NCBI GenBank assembly: GCA_002269645.1
Contig: NIVC01003328.1
Span: forward strand, 39,884 to 103,883
Direction: 5' to 3'
DNA length: 64,000 bases
DNA from: Macrostomum lignano
Lineage: Eukaryota
In this document: piece by piece, positions 46,791-62,317 of the stretch
Position numbering within the stretch: position 1 is the first letter of the stretch
Layout: each line of letters opens with the position of its first letter
Position numbers and translations under genes: made by a program
The notes under the pieces: model-generated
Seen by the model: the letters and a program-made list of their open reading frames with translations, nothing else
Told to the model about the DNA's origin: nothing
The model's database searches: none

Positions 46791-49232
46791 ATGGCAACTG
46801 CGTCATTGGCAACGTCGCTAACCTCCGTGGTTGCCATGGCGACACCCGGCGGCAGCAATGCGGAGTCTGCAGAGCGGCTGCTAGCCAAACTGAGCCTGGA
46901 GACTCCCGAGCAGCCCGATAGTTCCACTGCAGCACCACCACCAGTCGCTAAGGACGCCGATTCGGTTCCTACGGACGCCGATTTGGTTCCTACGGACGCC
47001 GCTGTGCCGCTCGATCTCTACCTGGAATCTGACGAGTCCGGCCGCGCCCTGACTCTGCAGTCCAAAGCGGCGCTACTGATGGCGCTGTACCCGGAGCCCC
47101 GGCCCTGCCGAGTCCACCTGACTGGCGGCTCTGCTGATGAGGCTGAGGAGAAGCTGGCTGGCGAAGTCGTGCTCGTCCACGGCGATGCCCGCAACCCCGG
47201 CACGGAGCTGCCGGCCCTGGCCTGTCCGGCCGTGCTGTACGCCGGCCTGCCTTCCGTTGTACGCGCCCTGGCAGAGCGGGGCGGCGCCGTCTGTCAGGCG
47301 CTGCTGGGGCCGCACAGCGTCTGCCTAAAGGCCTGCAAGGAGCGGTCGCGGTGGACCCGCCTATGCGAGCTGACCTGTCCCGGCCAGCTGGGCACCTGGG
47401 CGCTGCCGGGCTCCGACGATGCGCAGCCGCCCGCCTGCCTGGCGGACCTGGAGCTGGCGTTGGAGCGGCCGCGCTACAAGCCGAGGCCTTTTCTGGAGGG
47501 CAAGCGGCCTACTCTGGTGAGAATTCTGGAGTTATTTCCTACTCAAAGTAGTAAAGTACTCGTAGTTCAACGGTATCGCATCTGTCTCGTGCTGGAGTCG
47601 TTCTGGAGACCAAACCTCAAGGCTCAGAGTTGAAGCCTGCGTACGGATTGCTCGCATGCTCAGGGGCAGCCGCGCAGGGTATACAGCGGCCCTGACTTTA
47701 TCACCGTCAGTTATGCTGCATCAGTCCCCTACTTTATTCTCCATTATCACCTTTGTCTTCGGGGGCCGTAGCCCAGTGGTCCAGCGAAAGTCGCGCGAGT
47801 TACCACTAAGAACCACTGAGTAGTCCTTGGTGGTTACCGCTGAGCTCCTCTGCCTCTCGTTCTCTGTATTGCGCTCAATAAGCGGTGTCAATTAAAATTT
47901 CCCAAAACTGTCCAATCCTAGGTGGACATTCTCATTGTCTGCTACTTGCGCGACGTTGCCCGCAAGGCCAACCGGCCGCCGCTGCCGCTGGGGCATCGAA
48001 CCGCGGACCTGCTGGCCAGACTGAGCGCCGATCCGGCCTTCGCCGCCGCCGCCGCCGTAACCGACAAGTTCGAAACCGAGTACCGACCGGCCGCCGGGGA
48101 CGCGCCGCGGCTCACCGACAAGCGGGCTCAGGTTGGGGTTTGCGTACTCGAATGCTTTTAAACATGCGTTTAAATTTTATGCACCAATATTTTTGCAGAC
48201 TAATTCGCTTCAAAGGATAGTGCTATCGCTACTAGTTAGTAGGCTGTAATGTGCATATAAAGTCGACAATTTTCAAAATTGGTGCATTTGTGAGGAACTC
48301 CTTTTTATAAAAATTCTTACATTTTTTCCGCATCTTTAGCATACCCAGATCGCCTACTGAAAAGTAGCAAGTAAAGAATGTGAAACTAATCTCTTATGGC
48401 GTGTACCTCTCACATGTATTGTTTCTTAACCCCCGAAACCCCACAGGTGCCCGGTCTGTGCACCGAGTCGCTGCGCCAGCTGCTGGACCGCCTGGAGCCG
48501 GCCGTGTCGCTGCCCTGGCAGCCGGAGGCCGAGGCTTCCCCGCTGCCGCCCCTGCCCGACTGGCTGGCCGCCGAGGTGCCGCCGGAGCGGGCGGCTCGCA
48601 AGCGGCAGCAGCTGGCCAGCCTGGCCGCTGACGTCCTGCCGTTGGCCCGGCCCGGTCACGTGATCGTAGACTTCTGCAGCGGCTCCGGTTACCTGGGCCT
48701 CCTGCTGGCGCACCTGCTGCCGCAGTGCCGCATCGTGCTGGTGGAGAACAAGCTCGAGTCCCTGCAGTTCGCTCTGGACCGGCTGGGCCAGCTCGGGCTC
48801 CCCAACGTGCGCATCGTGCAGAGCAACCTCTGCAACTTCCGGGCCGCCTTCGACATCGGCGTTGCCCTGCACGCCTGCGGCTCCGCCTCCGACCTGGTGC
48901 TGGAGGCCTGCGTCCGCGCCCGCGCCGCCTGCGTGCTGTCGCCCTGCTGCCACGGCGCCACCAAGCCCGGCCCGGGCCTCGCCTATCCGCGCAGCTCCGC
49001 CGCCTCGGCAGCCGGCCTGGCCAGCCTGGAGCACGCGCAGCTGTGCCACGCCGCTGACCGAATCACCGGCCGGCAGTCCCGCCAGCTCTTGGCTAAGCGG
49101 GCCCTGCGGCTGCTGGACAGCGACCGGGCCCTGGCCATGCGGGAGGCCGGCTACGGCCGGGTGCGGCTGGCTCTGATGCGGCCGGACACCTGCTCGCCTA
49201 AGAACTCAATCCTGGTGGCCTGTCCGAGCTGA
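46791..49232 (+). CDS. GSTCD: GST C-terminal domain-containing protein with a class I SAM methyltransferase domain, ~573 aa; exons 46791-47516, 47922-48131, 48447-49232
   Basis: CLKACKERSRWTRLCELT, TLVDILI, RKRQQL, IVDFCSGSGYLG, ENK, GVALHACG.ASD, PCCHG, LLDSDRA and CSPKN match GSTCD as remembered. Phase-0 GT-AG introns; 1722 nt total. An alternative ATG is at 46836. Confidence 0.93.
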
Positions 49233-49689
49233 GGTCCCGCCTGCTGCCAGCCGGGATCAGGGCACCATTAGACATAGAAAAGTGCAGAGTTGAATTTTTT
49301 GTTTTAAAATGTGCTGCGTATCGGGCACCGTGCCAAATGATTGTCTGCTGTAGTCATTGGGTTTTGCATAACAAGTTCTGGTCTGCAACACATTCAACTG
49401 TTCCCAGCTGTTTTAACTTTGACTTTGGATTACATTGGCGATTCTGCGACATATTTGTTTCAATAGATTTGCTGCTCACGCTGCACTTCATGTGTACTTT
49501 GCTTGTTTTGATAATCATTTTCAAAGTTGCTGCCTTTTTACAGTAGTACACGGTGCGGTAGACAGATGCGCAATAGCTAGATCTATTTAGTAGGTAGATG
49601 CGCACTAGGTAGATCTATTCTTTATATAGATGCATAGTTGGTAAATCTTTTTCTTAGATAGATGCGTGGTAGGTAGATCTATTCAATAG

Positions 49690-50080
49690 ATAGATGCACA
49701 GTGGGTAAATCTGTTCAGTAGATAGATTCACAGTGGGTAGATCTGTTCAGTAGATAGATTCACAGTGGGTAGATCTGTTCAGTAGATAGATTCACAGTGG
49801 GTAGATCTGTTCAGTAGATAGATTCACAGTGGGTAGATCTGTTCAGTAGATAGATGCACAGTGGGTAAATCTGTTCAGTAGATAGATTCACAGTGGGTAG
49901 ATCTGTTCAGTAGATAGATTCACAGTGGGTAGATCTGTTCAGTAGATAGATTCACAGTGGGTAGATCTGTTCAGTAGATAGATTCACAGTGGGTAGATCT
50001 GTTCAGTAGATAGATTCACAGTGGGTAGATCTGTTCAGTAGATAGATTCACAGTGGGTAGATCTATTCAGTAGATAGATG
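49690..50080. repeat. 32-bp minisatellite TAGATAGATTCACAGTGGGTAGATCTGTTCAG (degenerate copies from ~49580)
   Basis: Lies between GSTCD and TMEM126. Confidence 0.93.
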
Positions 50081-50085
50081 TGCAG

Positions 50086-51444
50086 TGGATAGACAGATTG
50101 AATTGCACTGCTGAACTACCTGACGTTCTGCTGGCGTCGGCACCTGACCGGACGGCGACCGCGCAGCGGCAAAACATTCAAGGCTCCCCTGGCTACGTGG
50201 TGTACTACCACCACAGCCAGCGGGGCTCCCTGCCGCCCGGCGCGGTGCCGCTGAACCCCCAAGAGGTGCTGGATCGTCGACACCACGCGGCAAATGCCTG
50301 GCGGCCCCGCGAGCAGGTCTGGTCGCTGCCGCTGCACGACTACGTCTGCACCTACCCCACCCTGGTCAGCTCCGCCCTCATCGCCGGCAACCACCGGCTG
50401 ATGCTGAGCCTGGGCGTGGCCAGGATGTCCTACTCGATGGCCTGCTGCATTTTCCCGACTTACATGCAGGTCTGCGGCTCGTGCTGATCCCCGAGACTCT
50501 GCCCGTCTTCCAGTGACCCCTGCCACTCTGCCCGTCACCCAGTGACCCCTGCCACTCTGCCCGTCACCCAGTGACCCCTGCCACTCTTCCCGTCACTTAG
50601 TGACCTGCCACTGTCCGTCACCCAGTGACCCCTGCCACTCTGCCCGTCACCCAGTGACCCCTGCCACTCTGCCCGTCACCCAGTCACCCCTGCCACTCTT
50701 CCCGTCACTTAGTGACCTGCCACTGTCCGTCACCCAGTGACCCCTGCCACTCTGCCCGTCACCCAGTGACCCCTGCCACTCTGCCCGTCACCCAGTGACC
50801 CCTGCCACTCTGCCCGTCACCCAGTCACCCCTGCCACTCTTCCCGTCACTTAGTGACCTGCCACTGTCCGTCACCCAGTGACCCCTGCCACTCTTCCCAT
50901 CACCCAGTGACCCCTGCCACTGCCCGTCTCCCAGTGACCCCTGCCACTCTGCTCGTCACTTTTGTCACTCAACGGCACGGCACAGCACCTGACTCCAACG
51001 AATTGAGTCTCCATCCCCCATCAACCCCAACCCGACCAGGTGATGGCGTCCAAGCAGATGCTGCTGAACAGCCTGCTGACGAACCCAATCCAGTGCCCGC
51101 CCTGCGTGATGCTGCGTGGCGCCGGCCTCGGCCTGGCCTTCGGCATCCTGATGCCCTACGTGTACAGCTTCTTCCTGCACTCCACTGCCGCGCGCATTCT
51201 GCAATCCGCGCCGGTGCCCGCGAACCTGACCGACTGGCGCCAGCAGTTTGCGCTGTTGCGCCGCCTGGTCACCGGGGAGAAGCGCCTGCTAGCCGTGCTG
51301 GCGCCCGCGGTGTCCATCTACGGCGCGTGGCTGGCCGACCGGATGCGGCGGCACAGCATCTTCCTGAACGACGCCAGCAGGCGGGCTCTGCAAGACCTGC
51401 CAAATCAGCGGGGCGGCGGCTCGCAGGCGGAGGAGGCGGGCTGA
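50086..51444 (+). CDS. TMEM126: TMEM126-family mitochondrial inner-membrane protein; exons ~50086-50469 and 51040-51444; start codon unresolved
   Basis: LPPGAVPL...W...EQVWSL, NHR..L.LG, the CPPC..LRG..LGL.FG.L.P motif and C-terminal TM helices resemble TMEM126 (DUF1370). Phase-0 intron GTCTGC...GACCAG. Confidence 0.75.
50497..50960. repeat. 29-bp intronic minisatellite CTGCCCGTCACCCAGTGACCCCTGCCACT (internal GTCAC/GTGAC inverted repeat)
   Basis: Lies in the TMEM126 intron. Confidence 0.93.
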
Positions 51445-52297
51445 GAGTGCGGGCCATGGATGAAGGAATAAAGATGAATTGCTAATCTGAGCCGGTTATT
51501 GCTGTCTTGCGGGAATGTCATCCCTTCTGAAAATGAGTTGCAATAAAATGCATTTGAATGAGATGGAGTCAATGACAGGTTGCGCAAAACAAAAATAACC
51601 GCTCAGAACGGAACTCAGTGCATTTTATTTCTTCCTCCATTGGCTGGGGGGCTTCAAAGACAATCTTGCTCGATGCACACCAGCCGGCTGCCGATGGCGC
51701 CTCGGGCTTCCCCCTCCCCCCAGGGCGCAGCATTTGTTCCCCATTAGTTTGTATTCTATTTTAGCGTTGAACCTTGATTTTAGGTTTTGTTCTGTTAGAA
51801 GTGCGCTGGAATCAAGTTACGTCACAAAGGTCAACTCCAAAGTCCACTGGGTATTAAGAGGCTATACAACGCATTTTAATACCAGTGGTCATTGGTCAGC
51901 TATTTGTGTCGGCTGCAGTAGTTTCATAGTTCATAGTAGCTTCATCTACTTTCTTATTGTGCATGCCAGCTCAGCCTGTGTTGCAAAATCATTTTGTTTC
52001 TGGCCGGTGCGTGCCGGCAAACAGAGCTGCTGCTTTGTCGGCTTTGATCAGATTTTTGCCGTTTAGCCATTAATAAACTTGTTACTGTTGTCTTCTTGAG
52101 TTGCCTTCATCTGAGGCTGCGTTCGAGTAGCTTAAAATGGCCTATGGTGACTTAAAATGACTTGTAATAATTATTTTACGTGTCTTTTGGCGTACTCCGT
52201 AATACAAAACTACTGACAATAATTTAGATAACAAACTCCGCATGTGTTTGTAACCAGCATTTTGGAGACAATAAAGAGCTGTTTAAATATTTTAGGC

Positions 52298-52355
52298 CAG
52301 GCGCTGGCAAAATTTTTTCCTCAAGGGCCGGATGAAGAATCCAGCTCAAGCTCAT

Positions 52356-52441
<86 letters not shown>

Positions 52442-52597
52442 GGGGGGTAGAAAGAAGACAAGGGGAGAAAAGAGGGAGGAGACGAGAGAAGGGAGAGAGG
52501 AGACGCAAACCTTGGCAGGCCAGATTGCTATTGTGAAGATTCAAAGGACCGAGGGCCGGATAGAGAGGCTTGATGGGCCGCAGTGTGCCGATCCCTA
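52298..52597. mobile_element. hAT-Charlie-like MITE carrying a (GA)38 microsatellite (52361-52436)
   Basis: Ends CAGGCGCTGGCAAA / TGTGCCGATCCCTA; perfect TSD TTTTAGGC with central TA; GGGCCGGAT motifs. Confidence 0.85.
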
Positions 52598-53022
52598 TTT
52601 TAGGCTAATACTAATAAGATAGTCAGTCTAAACCGGTTTTCCACTATGAATGTTTGAGAACGAAAAAAAAATAAATTGATAAGTGAAAAATGATAAATAG
52701 TTTGACGCATACGGACATATATTCGGCAGTAGTGAATACTAACGAACACTTGGTTACTGGTCAGATCGGTGACAGCCTCAATCGACTCGGTAACATCGCC
52801 GTAAATTGTATGTTTTGTTTTTCTCATTAAAACCAATTAAATAGATTTTGACTATGTACATTGCGAGGGTGTGCAATCCGGATGCACAGTGGGAAGGTGA
52901 TCTACACGATTTGGCATTATGTACATTGTGATTATATTCGTGCAATTTCAGACACATTCACTCTATGAAGCCTGTGCTGCGCACATGAAAAATTAGCATG
53001 CCCCCCTAACACAGAAATCACA

Positions 53023-53550
53023 ATGGAGCTCAACAGAGGCCATTGCATGGAGAACAATGATTTACATGGCTACAAAAGTGGTCTAAGGCAGCGGGAGAGT
53101 GAGTGGCTTTCAGCAATGAATGACCTTCCAGGACCACGATTTCTAAGCAGTTTGCCCGATTTCGACGTGGCCGACGGAGTCTGGAGATTAAGATGAAGAG
53201 TGCAGCGGCGGGCCCACCTCTGAAGCAAGCGAAGAGAATGTTGCTAGCTACCATTCGGGCCATGATTGAGAATGATGCCAGGGTAACTGTGGCCCAGGTT
53301 TCTGCACGCTGGGTGTTGATCATCACCTGACGGAGGAGGAGCAAAAGGAGGCTCGGGTGGCGATCGTGCCATGCTATGCCATGCTCGACAGATTCGATGG
53401 TGGCCGCTCAGACTCTGTCTGGGAAATCGTCAGTGGCGACGAATCCTGGATCAGCGCAGCGTGGCAAAGCAGATGTTGGCCGTCTCTGTGACCAAAGCTG
53501 GTCATCCAGCGACCGTGCCACTTGCAGGCAGGCTGAGAACCATGCAGGCT
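53023..53550 (+). pseudogene. Degenerate mariner transposase with frameshifts and internal deletions
   Basis: Fragments MELNR, FARFRRGRRSLE, IENDARVT, SARWV, LTEEEQKEARV, MLDRFDGG...WEIVSGDESWI (first catalytic Asp) and RSVAKQM. Possible left TIR at ~52862. Confidence 0.85.
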
Positions 53551-55041
53551 GAGAACCATGCAGGCTGTCTCAGTGCGCCTTTGGGCCTGGAATCTCGCTT
53601 CATTCAAGAACAGAAATCGAACAGACTTAACTACGCCGAATCATCTTGGGGATTCCGTGTAGAGTCACCCCACTGCTTTGTGACCGGGATCTACATGCAT
53701 GCCCACTTCAAAAAGCTACGAGCTAATAATACTTACGAGTATTTACGAAGGGTTCCATCCTTTCCACTTATAGTAGGCAGTTGCGGATCGACATTTTGTT
53801 ACCTGGGAAAGGCATATCATGCAATTGGTGCCAGTAACTAGCTGGTCTCCGGTCGTGAGTGCCGCGAGTCCGTCATTGCCTGGAGCAACGCCGCGTCCTC
53901 TGGAAGGGCCGCCCGCCTCGGACTGCCGGACCGGCCTCACAGAGCGAAAGGCGGGCGAGCCTAGCGGATGTCAGGAACCAAACTGCCTAGGTTGGACTGA
54001 CTGCTGACATCGCGGAAGCTCCGTCGCAGGCTGTCGACAGAAATTTCTTGGCTCAAGTGTTCTCAATTTGAGACTGAACATTTAAGCTGGCTTTCTCCAA
54101 CCAGATGCTTAGAAATTTCGGGGTCGCAGATTACACCTGCTACTTGCAGTAGAGTTCTGGATAGCTATTAGCCTTATCGTCCCGCCAGCTTTGCTCCAGG
54201 AGCCATGTGCGGCGGCCGCGGTGTTTGCCCCACTCGAGCCTTGTTTTCTTCAAGCCGTGCTTTTTGAAAAGCCAAGTCTGCCGTGCAGTTTGCTCAAGCC
54301 GGGGGGGGGGCTGAACTCGCCAAGTTCGCTTGTTGATGGTAGGTAGGTAAGTGGCGTGTGATTAAGAGCGGATTATTGAGTAATCAGAGCTGGGAACTCC
54401 GGCCACCTGTGCCGGACCCGGCCAGCCTTATCGCGGGAGCTGCGGCCGCTGTTGGCCACCTCGAGTCCGCGGCCACTACATCAATCAAGCCTGCAGTGGG
54501 AGCTGGCCCGGCTCAGTGGGGAAATTTTTATTAAATTTATTCCCAGCAGATGACGCTAAGAGGGCCTTCTGAGCGCTGATTGCGGCTTCCCGATCTTCAG
54601 ATTGAATTAGTCGGCGCTCTCAGGTGCTGCTAGCGACCTGCACGGGCAGCAGCTGATTGCCTCACCTGCTAAGTGCTGATTTGATTTGGCCCCAAACAAT
54701 GGCGCCCGAATAGCGCCATCCGCACCTGATTGCGCGAGCTGAGCTCGGGCGAGCGCGCGTGAAATCCCCGCCTTGCCTGGAGATTCGACTTTGACTAATT
54801 GAAAATTGAGGCTTGAGGCTTGAGGCTTGAGCTGCCCGGTGCAGCGCTCGGCTCCAACCCAGCTCAGCTCGCTGCCCCAGCGGCGGCAGTCGCCAGCCAA
54901 TGGGGAGGCGAGCTCGGGTTTGTCTCCAACTCTCAGGCCCTCTTTAATTCTCCGGCGATAAGCAAGTGGCGAGCGCCCCAGAACTGCTCAGCTGAAGTCT
55001 AATTGTCAGTCGGGGCCGAGTTCGGTTGCGCCACACCAGCA

Positions 55042-60117
<5,076 letters not shown>

Positions 60118-60204
60118 CGGGGACTTTTAAATTGCAATGCCGATGGAGGCACTCCAGAGCCATGAGGTGTTTTTGAAGGCCGACTATTCAGTCACACGCA
60201 AATT

Positions 60205-60680
60205 TTGCTTGGCTGCATGTACAGCTTGACTGCATCTACAGCTTGGTTGGATGTACAGCTTGGCTGCATGCACAGCTGGACTGCATGTACAGCTTGGCTG
60301 CATGTACAGCTTGGCTGCATGTACAGCTTGGCTGCATGTACAGCTTGACTGCATGTACAGCTTGGCTGCATGTACAGCTTGGCTGCATGTACAGCTTGGC
60401 TGCATGTACAGCTTGGCTGCATGTACAGCTTGGCTGCATGTACAGCTTGGCTGCATGTACAGCTTGGCTGCATGTACAGCTTGGCTGCATGTACAGCTTG
60501 GCTGCATGTACAGCTTGGCTGCATGTACAGCTTGACTGCATGTACAGCTTGGCTGCATGTACATCTACAGCTTGGTTGGATGTACAGCTTGACTGCATGT
60601 ACAGCTTGACTGCATGTACAGCTTGGCTGCATGTACAGCTTGGCTGCATGTACAGCTTGGCTGCATGTACAGCTTGGCTT
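60205..60680. repeat. 17-bp minisatellite GCATGTACAGCTTGGCT downstream of the Mnx stop
   Basis: About 28 units. Confidence 0.95.
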
Positions 60681-61475
60681 AGTTACATGACCGATTTAGT
60701 ATTGAAATCGATAAAAAGATATTAAAAATTAAACCCTCAGATCCCTGATCAAATTCAACTCAACCAATGCAAACTGGACTCCTGCAGGTACATGCAATCA
60801 ATCAAATTACCCAGGTGACTCGATGAAAGTAGGCCTTCAAAAATCGTTTTGAGTATTTAATTATGATGTCCCTGAGCCTCCAAGGACATGGCCGAACTCT
60901 AGTAAAGAATCAACAGCAGCCTCTTGTACATAGCTGATATAAACCTGGCTGGCATGGCAACTGGCAACACTCTGTACATAGTACTTGTCCGCTCCAATGC
61001 ATGAATCTGCTAACCCGCAATTCCGCTTCAATAACCCGCTTATTAACAGTCTGTGGCCCCGGCCGCCCTGCTAGTCCTCGCGCAGCGGTTCGTTATGAAT
61101 TTCAATTTCTGATGAAAATAAAAGCACTGCAATAACTGAGACATCAATCGAGTGAGTTGCGTTTTCATCAAACCGAGCACCTGAGACAGGTGCCAATAGT
61201 ACAGTCAAATCATTTTATTTATCAACAATAAATTTGCTGCTTGCAAGTTAAACAATTACTGAACGAAACAGTCAAAAAATGCCACATAAAAAACGCCAGG
61301 CAGTTTCAAGCAGCACTACTGGAAGTAGCATGCGGTGCGCACTCAGCCAGCAATTTTCTTCAAATTGTTAAATACAGCGTTCGAGAGGGGAAAGCTGATT
61401 CACAACTCAGCTAACAATTATATGGCAAACTGTACAAACCGCATTTAGTGATAGGAAAACATTTGTGCATGAACT

Positions 61476-61662
61476 GGATCCCCAATCTACCCCCACAACA
61501 CACCCAGGATCCCCAATCTACCCCCACAACACACCCAGGATCCCCAATCTACCCACAACACACCAGGATCCCCAATCTACCCCACAACACACCCAGGATC
61601 CCCAATCTACCCCACAACACACCAGGATCCCCAATCTACCCCACAACACACCCAGGATTCCC
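61476..61662. repeat. ~30-bp minisatellite CCCCAATCTACCCCACAACACACCCAGGAT just downstream of the PCGF stop
   Basis: About 6 units. Confidence 0.9.
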
Positions 61663-61687
61663 AGCAGATGTTATCGTCAAGTTTCAG

Positions 61688-62317
61688 TCAGGAGTCGCGC
61701 GAGCTCCTGGCCGCAGCGGAGTCGCGGTCCGCGATCACGTAGGTGAGGGCGATGGGGTCCCGCCAGTCGGCCTGGCCGTCCGTCTCCCTGCAGCGCAGTT
61801 TCTGCAGCTCGGCGAGGCTCCAGTAGGCCGGCAGGCGGGTGTTGCGCCTGTAGATATCCACCGTGCCGGTGGCGGACAGGCGGTGCTGGTCGCAGAGGAA
61901 GCCGGCGACGTGGCCGATGGTGGCCTGCATTGCCAGCAGCAGGAAGATCTGGCGCTGGCCTCCGCGCGGGCTCAGCGCGATCTGCACCGGAGTGGCCAGC
62001 TCCAGCGGCAGCGACTTCTCCAGCTCCAGGCTGAAGTCCAGCCGGCGATGCACCTCGCTGGCCCGCAGGCCGGGCACCAGCTTGTACACCAGGTCCTGCA
62101 GCACCCGGTCCTGGCGCAGACAGCCCTCCTCCTCCAGCTTGAGCTCCTGGCCGCACTCCGGACAGCGGCTTGGCCGGACAGTCTGCAGGTGGCCGACAAT
62201 ACAAGACTTGCAGAACACGTGGAAACAGTCGGTGAGGCGGGTGGCGTCAATCAGGTAGCCAGCGCAGAGGCTACACACTAGGATGTTGTTGAGCTGCCTG
62301 AGCTGCGGCCTGCCAGA
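61688..62317 (-). CDS. PCGF: Polycomb group RING finger (PCGF/Psc-BMI1 family) protein, RING plus RAWUL, ~210 aa; no in-frame genomic ATG ahead of the RING
   Basis: LNNILVCSLCAGYLIDAT..TDCFHVFCKSCIV.HL....CPEC and RQDRVLQDLVYKLVPGL, plus RAWUL-like QATIGHVAGFL. Acceptor CTCAATCCCCGCAG ends at 62318. Confidence 0.9.
   Translation of the reverse strand, partial: SGRPQLRQLNNILVCSLCAGYLIDATRLTDCFHVFCKSCIVGHLQTVRPSRCPECGQELKLEEEGCLRQDRVLQDLVYKLVPGLRASEVHRRLDFSLELEKSLPLELATPVQIALSPRGGQRQIFLLLAMQATIGHVAGFLCDQHRLSATGTVDIYRRNTRLPAYWSLAELQKLRCRETDGQADWRDPIALTYVIADRDSAAARSSRDS

Noticed and set aside
47761-47830. Second tRNA/SINE-like head GGGGGCCGTAGCCCAGTGG in GSTCD intron 1
   Set aside because: Only an A-box-like start; no B box, tail or TSD.
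52332-52622. RE-dipeptide ORFs
   Set aside because: Translation of the (GA)n tract.
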